Source: Candidatus Poribacteria bacterium
Lineage (GTDB): Bacteria > Poribacteria > WGA-4E > UBA9662
Direction: 5' to 3'
DNA: 43,779 nt
Assembly: GCA_046582655.1 (NCBI GenBank)
Contig: JAYGDX010000202.1
Coordinates: 1 to 43,779 of the forward strand
The notes below the pieces were generated by a model. It made no database searches, had not been told where the DNA came from, and was given only the letters and a program-made list of their open reading frames with translations. Below, piece after piece: positions 20,338 through 32,213 of the stretch (its first letter is position 1; every line of letters starts with the position of its first letter). The translations under genes were made by a program, and so were the position numbers.

Positions 20338-21828
20338 TTGATTGATAAGGAAAACCTGTTCACCGATGAGCAGATGAAACAGTTTATTGCAAATGGGTAT
20401 GTAATTATTAAACCCGATATTCCGACCAGCTTACATAAAACGATATCCCAAAAATTAGATGAGGTTATTGCCAAGGAAGGAAATCCGGGTAATAATCTCT
20501 TGCCCCGTGTACCCGAAATTCAGGAAGTTTTTGATCATCCGGTTGTTCGTGGTGCTTTTACCAGCGTTACTGGGCCAAATTACATCATGCATCCACATAG
20601 GCATCCGCATCGTAATGGACCAGGTAGTAAAGGTGGCGGATGGCATAAAGATAGCTATTGGGGGTACGGAAAAGTGCGGAATCATAGGTGCTGGTGGGCT
20701 ATGGCCTTCTATTTCCCACAAGACACACTGATAGAAATGGGACCAACAGCCGTTATGCCTAGTACCCAGTACTATCTTTCGCGAAATAATGACGCTTCCG
20801 AGATCAAGTTCCCGGCTTGTGGGGAAGCTGGTACCATGATAATAATCCATTATGATATGTGGCATCAAGCAACAGCGAATTTAACAGATAAAAACCGGTT
20901 TATGTTGAAATTTGAATTTGCCAGAATACAACGGCCAGTAGAACCAACTTGGAATAATCAACAAGAGGATTGGAAGTCAATCGAAGGTTCTGAACCAGCA
21001 AACGATCAAACGGTTATGTGGGAACATCTCTGGAATTGGATATCAGGAAGAGACACCAAAAAAGCTTCTAATCAGGCTAGTGAGGATGAAATTTCTAAAT
21101 GGTTTACCGCATTACGAATTGGAACACAGCCCGAACGTCTAGAGGCGACTAATCAATTAGGGCAACTCGGAGAACATGGTCAGGAAGCAATTCCGGCTTT
21201 GATTGATATTTTGGGTGATCCATCAGAACCAGTTGGGTTGAATGCTGCTTACGCACTTGGTAATATTATTGGTCAAGAGTCAATCAATCTGTTGGTCGAA
21301 GCTCTGAATCACGACTCAGAAACCGTCCGTCGGCATGCAGCATATGCACTAACCTCAGTCGGGTCACCGGCAACACCTGAATTGGTTGATTTACTAACGC
21401 ATGAATCTGAGCATGTTCGAGCCTATGTTGCTTATGTGCTAGGTGAGATTGGATCTTCGGACTCAGTGTTGGCACTGTCCAAACTGCTTGATGACGATTC
21501 GGTAGCGGTTCGTCGGAATGTTGTTGAATCACTTGGAATCATGCCAGGTTCGTTCGACATAAGTGTACCAACGCTTGTCAGGGCACTTGAAGATTCTGAC
21601 AAGCAAATCCGCTTCACATCGGTTTTGTCGTTGGCAAGGATTGGACCTGACGCAAAGGATGCTATACCAACACTACAAAGTGCTTTAAAAGATGAAGATC
21701 GCTACGTTCGTGGATATGCTGTTGAGGCCCTTAAACAAATTGGATCATCTGAATCAAAGGAGATACTCCTAGATTTCTTGATGACCACAAGATGGTGTCC
21801 ATCAACAACGAGGGAAAGTACGTTTTAA
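20338..21828 (+). CDS. PhyH dioxygenase domain fused to HEAT repeats
   Basis: 'GWHKD...MWHQA' followed by about 7 HEAT repeats (e.g. 'ALKDEDRYVRGYAVEALKQIG'); TTG start after GGAGAGG. Confidence 0.85.
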   Translation: MIDKENLFTDEQMKQFIANGYVIIKPDIPTSLHKTISQKLDEVIAKEGNPGNNLLPRVPEIQEVFDHPVVRGAFTSVTGPNYIMHPHRHPHRNGPGSKGGGWHKDSYWGYGKVRNHRCWWAMAFYFPQDTLIEMGPTAVMPSTQYYLSRNNDASEIKFPACGEAGTMIIIHYDMWHQATANLTDKNRFMLKFEFARIQRPVEPTWNNQQEDWKSIEGSEPANDQTVMWEHLWNWISGRDTKKASNQASEDEISKWFTALRIGTQPERLEATNQLGQLGEHGQEAIPALIDILGDPSEPVGLNAAYALGNIIGQESINLLVEALNHDSETVRRHAAYALTSVGSPATPELVDLLTHESEHVRAYVAYVLGEIGSSDSVLALSKLLDDDSVAVRRNVVESLGIMPGSFDISVPTLVRALEDSDKQIRFTSVLSLARIGPDAKDAIPTLQSALKDEDRYVRGYAVEALKQIGSSESKEILLDFLMTTRWCPSTTRESTF

Positions 21829-22034
21829 TCTTAAATATGCACAGCCGTTGCAGATGAATAGGGGGTCTTTGTCCATTCAGTGATGAGATCCCTTAGTTAT
21901 TCCAACAAAATGGATAATAGAATAGCGTTTAAAGTATATTGGAATTAATCAGCTCCCATAGTTTGGATTGAGGGACTAGAAACACGGCTCAAACTCATAA
22001 TTTTTAAAGATAGTAGTGGAGGGAAGCCTAAGTT

Positions 22035-23050
22035 ATGTCAAAGACGAATCGACAATTTCTTTTAGCATCCAGACCATCTGGCTATCCAAAAGAATCAGAT
22101 TTTGATCTGGTAGAATTACCTGTTTCCGAACCGGATGATGGTCAACTCCTCGTTCGCACGATTTTTTTATCGGTCGATCCATATATGCGGGGGCGAATGA
22201 ACGATAATCGTGGTTCATATGCCCCCCAGTTGAGAATCGTCAGGTGATGACTGGTAGAATTGTTGGTGAAGTGGTCAAGTCAAAAAATTTAAGTTTTCAA
22301 GAAGGTGAGATTGTGCGAGGCAATCTGGGCTGGCAGGAATACGGGATTTCTACTGGAGAAGAGCTCGTTAAAGTCAATCCGGATATCGCACCAATTTCGA
22401 CAGCTCTTGGCATTCTTGGTATGCCCGGACTAACTGCCTATTTCGGCCTGCTTGATATATGTCAGCCAAAAGCTGAAGAAACAGTGCTTGTATCTGGTGC
22501 CGCGGGTGCTGTAGGATCAATCGTTGGTCAGCTGGCCAAAATAGAAGGTTGCCGTGCTGTTGGCATCGCAGGTACAGATGAAAAAATTAGCTATCTTCTG
22601 GATGATTTGGGGTTTGACGCAGCATTTAACTATAAAAAGACCGAGAATTATCGCCATAAACTGAAAGAACTTGTTCCTGAAGGAACGGATGTCTATTTTG
22701 ACAATGTGGGTGGCGAAATTACAGATGCGGTATTTCCCAATCTTAACCTCAGGGCACGAATTGCAATTTGTGGACAGATATCGCAATATAATCTGGTAGA
22801 GCCAGAACCTGGTCCCCGTTTATTTCCATACTTTATTGTTAAGCGTATTAGAATGCAAGGGTTCCTTGTCTTTGATTTTATTGATCGATATCAGGAGGGA
22901 CTGCGACAGATGACGAAATGGCTTCGTGAAGGCAAGTTGAAATACCGTGAGACAATTGTTAATGGCTTTGAGAATACACCGACCGCTTTTATCGATATGT
23001 TGAAAGGCGGTAACATCGGCAAACAGCTTGTGAAAGTATCAGGCTTGTGA
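22035..23050 (+). pseudogene. NADP-dependent oxidoreductase (CurA/YncB, prostaglandin reductase-like), one frameshift near 22235
   Basis: 'LASRPSG', 'LSVDPYMRGRM', 'LGMPGLTAYFGL', 'VSGAAGAVGS', 'YFDNVGG', 'GGNIGKQLV'. Confidence 0.85.
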
Positions 23051-23116
23051 TTATATTAGTTGAGATTGTCTTAAGAGTGTGACGTAAGAGAGTTAAAAAT
23101 CCAATAGAGGCTTATT

Positions 23117-24403
23117 TTGATAGAGAAACTGGCAATTGATGGTGGAGATCCAGTTGTCACAGACGGCATCCCAAAAGGTATGCATGGTCCAAGCGTCATA
23201 GATGAGCAGGAAACCAACGCCGTTACAAAAGTGCTGGAGAGTCAAAACTTGTTTCGGTTCTCAGATAATTCGGAAGTCTTGAAATTTGAACAGGAAACTG
23301 TAGAATTACTTGGTGTGAAACATAGTTTAATGGTTAATTCTGGTACAAGCGCAATTATCTGTGCCTTGACAGGTGGCGGTATTGGTCCAGGTGACGAAGT
23401 GATTGTTCCAGGATACACTTTTATTGCCACAGCGGCGGCAGTTGTTGCTGTTGGTGTGATACCAGTAATTGCTAAAATTGATGACTCTCTTGGACTTGAT
23501 CCCACCGATGTCGAAAGAAAAATTACGCTACATACAAAAGCAATTTTGCCTGTCCACATGCAAGGTGTACCAGGCAGAGTTGATCAGATTGTGGATGTTG
23601 CTAATCAGCATAACCTACAAATTTTTGAGGATTGTTGTCAATGCGTTGGCGGACGTTATCGAGGACGCTTCGTCGGTACAATTGGTAATGCGGGGGCCTG
23701 GAGCCTCAATTTCTACAAGGTGATTTCAACCGGTGAAGGTGGCTTAGTGTTCACAGACGACTATGAAATTTATGAGCGCAGTGCTTTTGCCAGTGATCCT
23801 GCCATGCCAATGTGGGTGAAGGATAGAGCCGAATACATACAGGTTGGAGACACATGGATGACGGCACCGTTTTCACGGCCAGTGCTATCGTCCCAGTGAG
23901 ATTATGGGAGCAATGGCACGTATCCAACTACTTAAAGATGTCGCAAATTCTAGCCCAGACGAGAAAATTGAAGCAAACGTTTCTGGCGGAACTGGCAGAC
24001 CCGGAGGGATATCAACTTCAGCACGTTGATGACCCAGAGGGGAATTGTGGTATTAGTGCTACCATAATTGTGCGGGATCGAGATTCAGCAACTCAATATG
24101 CCAGAAGCCTTGAAAGCGGAAGGTATACATTCAGGAACAACTTACAACGAAGGATTTCCAGATCGGCACATCTACACCTACTGGGACTCAATCTTGGATA
24201 AAAACTCACATCATCCGTCTGGCTATCCGTGGAAAGACCCAGCCTATCAGGGAAATGTCGAATACACTCGCGACATGTGTCCGAATACTCTTTCGATTTT
24301 AGGTAGATCGCTCAGATTTGGTTTCAATGTCAATATGCTAGAGGAACATGCCAAATTGATGGCTGCAGCAATTAACAAGGTTGATGCTGTGTTGGGTAAG
24401 TAG
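23117..24403 (+). pseudogene. DegT/DnrJ/EryC1/StrS aminotransferase, frameshifted in the C-terminal half
   Basis: 'NSGTSA', 'GPGDEVIVPGYTFIAT', 'EDCCQ' and PLP lysine 'SLNFYKVISTGEGG'; at least two frameshifts after about 23875. Confidence 0.85.
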
Positions 24404-24477
24404 GACAATCAAGATTAAGTTCCGTTTCGTTGCTGAAACACCTTCTCAGGATTGAGCCGGTGAGTTACCATTATCCG

Positions 24478-24909
24478 TTATGCGTTTTCATCCACAAACA
24501 TAGGTGGTTCAAAGCCTATATCGTTTACGACTTCGAATTTTCCCATACGAACTAACCTTGTCGTATTTCGGGCAGTTGTTTTGCGTCCAACTTCCCTACC
24601 GGGTTTCTTTTCTTCTGAGAGTTTTCTTGGTACAATGCCATTTGCTTGATTAGCTTCTGCTGTTAGGCGTGCCATTGACACATGAGACGTTGTTGGTTCT
24701 CCAAAGATCCATCCAACCCGTTTGTCTCTTGTATCGGGCATCAATAACCTATAACGTGGAACAACAGATTGAAATCGAATGTGACGTATTGGTGTAATTG
24801 TGCTTATCTGGTCTCGATTCCCTCCGTAAATTGGATAGGAGTACGTCCGTGGATAAAATCCTTGTATCCACTTTAGGGGGTTATTTCTACGCTGATAACT
24901 AGTGCTCAT
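24478..24909 (-). CDS. Hypothetical basic protein
   Basis: 143-codon ORF with GGAGG RBS; no recognised motif. Confidence 0.5.
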   Translation of the reverse strand: MSTSYQRRNNPLKWIQGFYPRTYSYPIYGGNRDQISTITPIRHIRFQSVVPRYRLLMPDTRDKRVGWIFGEPTTSHVSMARLTAEANQANGIVPRKLSEEKKPGREVGRKTTARNTTRLVRMGKFEVVNDIGFEPPMFVDENA

Positions 24910-24954
24910 ACAACCCTCCAATCGAGTCAAGCCGAAACTGCCCTAGTTTTCCAA

Positions 24955-24982
24955 TTGAAATGCACTGAATCTATGATATAAT
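24955..24982 (+). promoter_or_regulatory. Putative sigma70 promoter
   Basis: TTGAAA-16-TATAAT with extended -10 TG. Confidence 0.5.
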
Positions 24983-25381
24983 ACCCCCTTTTAAGATCAA
25001 ATGGCAAGAATCTAGAACAGATGCGAATACAAATGGTTTGTTAGCCACGCCGACTGACAGAATTGATGAAATAAAAATCCGCAAAGGGTCCTTTTCGATA
25101 CGTCGGTCCGATACAGATACAAATCGTTATCAGAGCTCATGCATACGTAAGCTCTGTCCATTTTGAGAAAGAAATCCGAGTAATGATTGAAGGTGACTAC
25201 GGCAATCATTTACCGGGTAAGCTATCATACACTGCCTATTGGCAACAGATCGAGCCGTAAAAACTTTGCACCTAGATCCAACTTTAACTAGGAAATGTGG
25301 ATTGTCAAACAGCAACAGGCAGAAAGACATAAGGCTATCAAGTAGCAGTATCCCAGTTAATGATTCCACTTGGAGGTTTTA

Positions 25382-28300
25382 ATGCTGACCGCACTCCAAA
25401 TGCTTTTGGCTACATCATTTGTCCACTCAGAGGATTCTGTGGATTCTCAGAAGGATTCGGCAGAACCGGAGAAATCTATGAATCAAGAAGTGCCTATCGA
25501 AGAAGAAAGAGAAGCAGACGTAGATAATACGGAAACGAATAAGTCGGAAGATGAAGATTCAGATCAGCGAGAACCATCGTCCGAAAAAGAGGAGGGAAAA
25601 GATGAAGATCTCTCACAATCGAGTGACAGTAGTCAGACAGCTATTCGTTCGGAACAGACGGACGAAGATAGACAAGACGAACTAACTCAAGACGAAGATG
25701 ATAAGGCGTTGAAAAGACAAGAGAATACCAAGATTATTCAGGAAAGTGGGCTAGAATCTGATGAATGTCCTAAAGTAGTAAATGTTGCAGAGGAAATATC
25801 AGAACCCGAAAATCAAGTTGAACGCAGCTTTGGTGTGGTCGATCGATTTTACGATTTCGTAGAGAATTTTAAACAGGCAAATGTTTTAAATGTTTTAGAG
25901 GCTTCTGCAAGCCAGATGGATCTCGCTGGTGGTGTAGCCAAATCAGCAATTTTTGAACATCCCGTCAGTGAAGGTGATTCACGGATCGAATATACCATGG
26001 AGTTGCCAACTGTCGAGGATGGTGAAAAACTAATATTTCATTCCTTTACTGGGTTGCGGGATGGTATCGATTTCGATTATCCGGCAACGAAACCGGATGG
26101 TGTGCATTTTGCTGTAGAGGTTGATGATGAGAGGGTTTTTAATGGCTTTTCCCTAACTTCTGAATGGCAAGAAAATAGTGTCGATTTAACCCGTTTCGCT
26201 GGAGATATGCGGAAAATTGCACTGATCACCAACGCTGGTGAATCGAATGATGCCAACTACGATTGGGCGTTGTGGGGAGAACCACAGTTTATCAAACTGA
26301 TACCACGGAATTTGCTAATCGCCAAACATGAAAAAGAACCTAGGCTTAGATGTGGCATAGCAACCGTGACTGTTGAAAATGAATCAGTTGATCAAGAAAC
26401 AAAAATTGAAACGTTAGAAACAGGATTCGCTTTCGATCGGGATCTTCTCGCCACAGAGGCGGTTGCGCAAATCCAGCGACAGGTAGCCTCTGAGAAAACG
26501 CCAGTTCATATTTCATTTTTTGTTGATCAACCATTACTTGAGATAACCATGCTTGGAACTCAGCAGGCATTGATTACAGCAAATGAAAACTTTGAGGTAC
26601 AATGCCAAGTCACAAATGTTGGTTTGGCACCCATTACACGAGCTAATGAAGTCAGTATTGGAATCAATAGACTCAAGTTAAAACGTGGTCATAGCGTCCA
26701 GCGTATTACACACCTTAGTTCGGGTGAAAAGAAAATTTTGACATGGCAAATTCGTAAGTTTTCACGCCCAACATCAGCTACAATTGGGATCTCACTGCGG
26801 TACAAAACACCCAACGAGAAGGTTAATTACGCTGATGAAAGATCAATCATTATCCATCCGGATTTTCCCCAAATATCGTCACAGGTAGTCGAACAAGTTC
26901 ATACTTTTAATCACGATGAACATCTTGTATTGGGAAATAGAAACTTCCGTGTGGTTTTTGTGCAAGGAGTGCAGGGCTTTGTGTATATGGTCTTTTATGT
27001 CGCTCAGGATAGTGAATATCAACAGATTGCTGTTTCAACCGCAATCTCGGAAATATGTTATTGTGATGCTGAAGGAATTACACAACCTCTGAAAATCACA
27101 CCTAAAGTCTATCGTATTTCAGGAAATAGTGATGGTGAGTCAATGCTTACTTTTTCGGATCAAGTTGAGGATAGCGATGGTGCTATCTGGTCTTATGAAT
27201 GTCGCTTTTCGATAACTAAAAACTCAAGTCGACTTCAGTCCTCATATACAGTTAGCACAGATCAGAACCGGAATCTAATTGTATTTAGAGGACCAAATCT
27301 ATATGTTGGTGAAGGGGCTTTCGGTAGTAGTAAATCGTTTGCAATCTTTCCAGGACTTGAGTTTCTTGAAGGAGACGAAACCTCGTCCAGTAGCCGTGAT
27401 GCGGCACCCCCAATCAATAATCGGCTGGTCCCTCACCCGTATAAAATTACAATGCCGTTGATGGCTATTGAGCACAAAAAATCTTTAATCGGCTTAATAT
27501 GGGATCCACTTCAAAAATGGGATGGAGAACATCAAACATTATCTGCAGCTTTCGCCTCACCCAACTGGTACGATAATCAAAATAATCACCTTATGGGATT
27601 ATTCGTGCCAACCCCGATGGAATGGCTCGATGAAAATCATCTTCAGGCCTCCAAGCCGTACAACCTTTTACCGAATCACGAGTTGAATATTACGGCAGAA
27701 ATTCTCCTTGACGGAGACGCATCAGGGTTAAAAGTCGTTGATCATTGGATGGATACTTATAGTCTGCCTGAACCACCGAAACAACCGCGTGATGACCAAG
27801 AAATACTAGAGCTTTCACGGCATGGTTTTATGCATTCTGTTTGGGATGAGGACTCGAAAAAGTCCAGACACTGTGTTGGATGGCCGCCTCTCAACGCTCC
27901 CGGATTTGCAACCCTATTGTGGTACGATTATCTGATAACATCTGATAATGAAGTAAAGCAACGCGTGTTGGAAATTGCCCAGAATACTATCCAAGAATCA
28001 GGCATTGGTGGTTTGGTTTCAGAAGCAGGTTGTCACATTTTAAAGTGGGAATTCCCATTTTATTTTGGCAGTATTGAACCAGCAATTGATCAAATAAAGA
28101 AGGTGATTGACAATTTGATTGAAACTCAAGGTGAGGATGGCAGTTGGCGTTTTCATCCCACAACAGAACAAATGAAGACACTCGGCAATATTGGCGACTC
28201 TGTTTTAGGTACAGAGGCAATTTCGGCCTTTAAACTACTCAAGTTTGCTCGCATTACAAATGATCAAGAATCGTTGCATGCGGGTTTAAAAGCGCTAAAG

Positions 28301-29287
28301 TTTATGTCCCAATTCACTGTTCCACGTGGGGCTCAGGGGTGGGAGTGTCCCATCTATGAACCCGATATTTTAGCGGCAGCCTACGGTGTTGCTTCCTATC
28401 TTGAGGCCTACGAAATCACCAACAATAGAAGATATTTAAACCAAGCGGAATACTGGGCTAACACCGGATTATTGTTTATATATTCTTGGTTTTTACCTAA
28501 TCGACCAGGTATGTACAGTGCATCAATTCCAGTTTTTGGTACAAGCTTTTACACGCATTCGTGGTTCGGGGTTCCCGTTCAATGGTGTGGTCTCGTGTAT
28601 GCATATTACCTCCAGCGCCTGGCTAGAAAAAGTCAGCAGAAAGATTGGGGAAAAATAGCAGAAGCAATTACTATCAGTGCTGCTTACCAACAATGGACAG
28701 ATGGGGATCTAAAAGGAACTTATCCCGACGGTTTTTACAACTATTGTACTGAGGGAAGGGGGCCGCACCTCAATCCGGAAAACATCATGGCTAACCTCTA
28801 TGCCCTTCGTGATTTAGATCCAGATGTCTCAACAGCTATTATTCGACGAAAGAATTGGCGCGTTCATATCAGCAGCGGTGCAAAAATTGAAAACAAGCAG
28901 TGGCTACAATCAGGGCAACTGAACTACAGATTACGTTATGTCCAGCATGAAACAAGTTATACCATAATCGTTGGGCTAGGGTTCGCCCCAAGCGTTGTGA
29001 AAGCCGCGAATCAGGAATTGTCACTCGTTGATAGTTTGGATCATGCCTCTGGCTGGCTTTATCGACCCGAAAAAGAAATGTTATTTATTAAATATACTCA
29101 TCCGAAAAACATAGTCGATTTTGAAATAACTCCTTTAGTCAGGGATAGGTTAGTGGGTGATACTGCGGACGATAAAAATCTACCCACTGAGGTAACACAA
29201 GTTGAAGTCGATGATGAAGGGTCTGCAATTCCTGAACTTCCTATAGAGTTTACTGAAAACACCTCCCACATGTTTGAGGAAGAGTAA
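25382..29287 (+). CDS. Large modular hypothetical protein (acidic disordered N-terminus, galactose-binding-like domain, Ig/CARDB-like domain, probable alpha/alpha-barrel)
   Basis: GGAGG RBS before ATG 25382; D/E/S-rich first ~150 aa; 'SAIFEHP...DGVHFAVEVD...YDWALWGEP'; helical C-terminal part 'ETQGEDGSWRF...YLNQAEYWA'. Confidence 0.75.
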   Translation: MLTALQMLLATSFVHSEDSVDSQKDSAEPEKSMNQEVPIEEEREADVDNTETNKSEDEDSDQREPSSEKEEGKDEDLSQSSDSSQTAIRSEQTDEDRQDELTQDEDDKALKRQENTKIIQESGLESDECPKVVNVAEEISEPENQVERSFGVVDRFYDFVENFKQANVLNVLEASASQMDLAGGVAKSAIFEHPVSEGDSRIEYTMELPTVEDGEKLIFHSFTGLRDGIDFDYPATKPDGVHFAVEVDDERVFNGFSLTSEWQENSVDLTRFAGDMRKIALITNAGESNDANYDWALWGEPQFIKLIPRNLLIAKHEKEPRLRCGIATVTVENESVDQETKIETLETGFAFDRDLLATEAVAQIQRQVASEKTPVHISFFVDQPLLEITMLGTQQALITANENFEVQCQVTNVGLAPITRANEVSIGINRLKLKRGHSVQRITHLSSGEKKILTWQIRKFSRPTSATIGISLRYKTPNEKVNYADERSIIIHPDFPQISSQVVEQVHTFNHDEHLVLGNRNFRVVFVQGVQGFVYMVFYVAQDSEYQQIAVSTAISEICYCDAEGITQPLKITPKVYRISGNSDGESMLTFSDQVEDSDGAIWSYECRFSITKNSSRLQSSYTVSTDQNRNLIVFRGPNLYVGEGAFGSSKSFAIFPGLEFLEGDETSSSSRDAAPPINNRLVPHPYKITMPLMAIEHKKSLIGLIWDPLQKWDGEHQTLSAAFASPNWYDNQNNHLMGLFVPTPMEWLDENHLQASKPYNLLPNHELNITAEILLDGDASGLKVVDHWMDTYSLPEPPKQPRDDQEILELSRHGFMHSVWDEDSKKSRHCVGWPPLNAPGFATLLWYDYLITSDNEVKQRVLEIAQNTIQESGIGGLVSEAGCHILKWEFPFYFGSIEPAIDQIKKVIDNLIETQGEDGSWRFHPTTEQMKTLGNIGDSVLGTEAISAFKLLKFARITNDQESLHAGLKALKFMSQFTVPRGAQGWECPIYEPDILAAAYGVASYLEAYEITNNRRYLNQAEYWANTGLLFIYSWFLPNRPGMYSASIPVFGTSFYTHSWFGVPVQWCGLVYAYYLQRLARKSQQKDWGKIAEAITISAAYQQWTDGDLKGTYPDGFYNYCTEGRGPHLNPENIMANLYALRDLDPDVSTAIIRRKNWRVHISSGAKIENKQWLQSGQLNYRLRYVQHETSYTIIVGLGFAPSVVKAANQELSLVDSLDHASGWLYRPEKEMLFIKYTHPKNIVDFEITPLVRDRLVGDTADDKNLPTEVTQVEVDDEGSAIPELPIEFTENTSHMFEEE

Positions 29288-29373
29288 GAGATTTCCCTTA
29301 CTAAAATGTTTTAACTTGGAGCTGATAAAGCCATAATTTGCTGAGTCACTTCTGTGGATCTAGAAAGCATAAA

Positions 29374-30915
29374 ATGATAAATCGCGAAACTATCATTGTC
29401 TTGGATTTCGGGTCACAGTATACTCAACTTATTGCAAGGCACATTCGTGAGCAAGCCGTATATTGTGAAATTCATCCGTACCACCTATCGATTGATAAGC
29501 TGAGGTCAATTAGCCCAAAAGGAATTGTTTTGTCCGGTGGTCCTGCCAGTGTTTATGCTGGGTCATCTCCGTTGCCAGATTACCAGATCTTCAAACTTGG
29601 CATTCCTATTCTGGGGATATGTTATGGCATGCAGTTAATTGCTTTCCTTTCCAAAGGTGGAAAAGTACATCCTGCCTCAAAACGCGAGTTTGGATCAGCC
29701 AATATCTCCATTTATCAACAGATAGAACTTTTTTCTGGACTACCTAGAAATTTCCAAGTGTGGATGAGTCATGGTGATCGAATTGACTCACTGCCAGATG
29801 GATTTGAAGTGATTGCCTATACGCAAAATTCTCCGACCGCGGCAATGGCAGATATTGCAAGAAACTTTTACGGTTTACAGTTTCATCCAGAGGTTGTCCA
29901 TACTCAGGACAGCAATCTCATCCTTTCAAATTTTGTTCACAAGATCTGCGGTTGCCGAGATACTTGGACGATGTCATCTTTTATTTCCGAAACTATAGAT
30001 CAAATCAAATCCAACACACAGGGTGAACGTGTATTGTGCGCGGTGAGTGGTGGTGTTGACTCAACCGTTCTGGCAATCTTACTCAAAAAAGCAATTGAGG
30101 ATCGGCTTGTCTGTATTTTTGTCAATAATGGCTTCCTCAGAAAAGATGAACCGGATCAAGTAATGCAGACATTTAATCAACTTGGTATTACAGTCAATTA
30201 TGTAGATGCCACGGATCGATTTCTGTCGTGTCTTGCCAGAGTTGAAGACCCAGAACTGAAGCGTAAACTAATTGGCAATACATTCATTGAGGTTTTCAAA
30301 GACGCGTTGGAGACAATTGACCACATTGGGTTTCTTGCCCAAGGAACGCTCTATCCTGACGTAATCGAGAGTGTTTCTCTCAAAGGCCCGTCGGCAACAA
30401 TCAAGACGCATCATAATGTTGGTGGGTTGCCTGATAACCTGTCTTTTAAACTAGTTGAGCCACTACGTGAATTGTTCAAAGATGAAGTGCGAAAAGTGGG
30501 TACCGAATTGAATATCCCTGCTCCTGCTCTAGGTAGACACCCATTTCCTGGTCCGGGGCTAGCGATACGCATACTGGGCGAAGTCACGCGGGAACGGCTC
30601 AATACCTTGCGAACTGTAGATGAAATCTTTATTGATGAAATCCGTCAGGCGAATCTTTATGATAAAATATGGCAGGCACTTTCTGTCCTTTTACCGGTTA
30701 AAAGCGTTGGGGTCATGGGTGATGAGCGGACCTACGAAAATGTGGCGGCGCTCCGAGCTGTAACCAGTACTGATGGCATGACAGCAGATTGGGCGAGAAT
30801 TCCCCATGATGTTCTAGCCAGTATCTCTAACCGCATTATTAACGAGGTTAGAGGTATTAACCGTGTCGTTTATGATATTAGCTCAAAACCGCCAAGTACC
30901 ATTGAGTGGGAATAA
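29374..30915 (+). CDS. guaA: GMP synthase (glutamine-hydrolysing)
   Basis: '[13 protein letters not shown]', 'GICYGMQ', 'QFHPEV', 'SGGVDS', 'IKTHHNVGG', '[10 protein letters not shown]'. Confidence 0.98.
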   Translation: MINRETIIVLDFGSQYTQLIARHIREQAVYCEIHPYHLSIDKLRSISPKGIVLSGGPASVYAGSSPLPDYQIFKLGIPILGICYGMQLIAFLSKGGKVHPASKREFGSANISIYQQIELFSGLPRNFQVWMSHGDRIDSLPDGFEVIAYTQNSPTAAMADIARNFYGLQFHPEVVHTQDSNLILSNFVHKICGCRDTWTMSSFISETIDQIKSNTQGERVLCAVSGGVDSTVLAILLKKAIEDRLVCIFVNNGFLRKDEPDQVMQTFNQLGITVNYVDATDRFLSCLARVEDPELKRKLIGNTFIEVFKDALETIDHIGFLAQGTLYPDVIESVSLKGPSATIKTHHNVGGLPDNLSFKLVEPLRELFKDEVRKVGTELNIPAPALGRHPFPGPGLAIRILGEVTRERLNTLRTVDEIFIDEIRQANLYDKIWQALSVLLPVKSVGVMGDERTYENVAALRAVTSTDGMTADWARIPHDVLASISNRIINEVRGINRVVYDISSKPPSTIEWE

Positions 30916-30984
30916 ACCACTTTCATCTGCCAATTTGATTGCTCCCTTTTCTACAACTCTGGTTAGTGGCGAAAATAATCCTCA

Positions 30985-31013
30985 TTGACAGGATTCTCAT
31001 GACGTGATAGAAT
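30985..31013 (+). promoter_or_regulatory. Sigma70 promoter
   Basis: TTGACA-17-TAGAAT with extended -10 TG, upstream of 31076. Confidence 0.7.
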
Positions 31014-31075
31014 CGTCCCGCAAAAAAAGATTGTTATAGAACCATGAAGTCAGCGAGTCTAAGGAGCCTTTTAGT

Positions 31076-32086
31076 ATGTCAGAAACAATTCGTGGAGCGG
31101 TGATTGGTTACGGAGCCGCATTCAACATGGGAAACCACCACGCACGCTCAATGGAAGGAACCGAAGGGATCGCATGCGTTGCCATATGTGATCTAGATTC
31201 AAGTCGAACAGAGGCAGCGAAAAACGATCATCCACATGTTAGAACTTACAACGATGTTGGAGAATTGCTAACGGACGACGAAATTGATCTTGTCACAGTT
31301 GTTTTACCACATAACCTTCACGCTCCAATTGCAATTCAGGCACTCAATGCCGGCAAACACGCTATAACTGAAAAACCGATGTGCATCACTTTGGCTGAAG
31401 CGACAGAGATGATTGAAACTGCTAGAGCCAATGACCGAATGCTGTCCGTTTACCATAATCGGCGTTGGGATGCTGATTTCTGGGCATTGCGTGAAATTAT
31501 TCAGAGTGGTATGATCGGTAAAGTGTTTAGCATTGAAATGAGAGCGAGTGGATATAGTAGACAAAACCCGGATTGGTGGCGAAGTTCTAAACGGGTTTCC
31601 GGTGGTACGATCTATGACTGGGGTGCGCATTATATCGATTGGCTTCTCAATGTTATTGAAAACAAGATGATTAATGTTACCGGTTTTTATATCGATAACT
31701 TGGTCTGGGATGATATCAGTAATGAAGATCACACCCGTGCCTTGATTCGTTTTGATGATGGGTTACTTGCGGATGTTGAGTTCTCAAATATTGCTAAAAT
31801 TGGTGGACCTCGCTGGAAAATTCTTGGATCACACGGATCGGTGCTTTCTGTAGACGGACACTTCAAAGTTCAATCTGAGGTTGAAGGACATCCAAACGAG
31901 AAAGAAATTCCACATGAAGGACGACCAGGAGCAAGTTTCTATCAGAATATCGTTGCGCATCTTAACCATGGTGAAGGCTTAATTGTCACTCCAGAATCAG
32001 CCAGACGCGTAATTGCTATAATGGATCTATCTGAAAAATCTTCAAAAACCCACCAATCAGAAAGTGTGCCTTACGAGTTTGATTGA
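31076..32086 (+). CDS. Gfo/Idh/MocA family oxidoreductase
   Basis: 'AVIGYG', 'AGKHAITEKPM', 'YHNRRWD', 'DWGAHYID'; RBS AAGGAG. Confidence 0.92.
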   Translation: MSETIRGAVIGYGAAFNMGNHHARSMEGTEGIACVAICDLDSSRTEAAKNDHPHVRTYNDVGELLTDDEIDLVTVVLPHNLHAPIAIQALNAGKHAITEKPMCITLAEATEMIETARANDRMLSVYHNRRWDADFWALREIIQSGMIGKVFSIEMRASGYSRQNPDWWRSSKRVSGGTIYDWGAHYIDWLLNVIENKMINVTGFYIDNLVWDDISNEDHTRALIRFDDGLLADVEFSNIAKIGGPRWKILGSHGSVLSVDGHFKVQSEVEGHPNEKEIPHEGRPGASFYQNIVAHLNHGEGLIVTPESARRVIAIMDLSEKSSKTHQSESVPYEFD

Positions 32087-32178
32087 ACACGATGATTTTT
32101 ACTTCTAGGTCGAACTAGCTAATCTTCCTGTCGTAGCTTAGAAATATGTCGTCGTACTGGTGGAGCCGCAAAAATGTT

Positions 32179-32208
32179 AGGGGTGAGTAACTCTCTCACC
32201 CCTTTTTT
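32179..32208 (+). terminator. Intrinsic terminator
   Basis: AGGGGTGAG-(TAACTCT)-CTCACCCCT followed by TTTTT; perfect 9-bp stem. Confidence 0.75.
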
Positions 32209-32213
32209 AGGTC

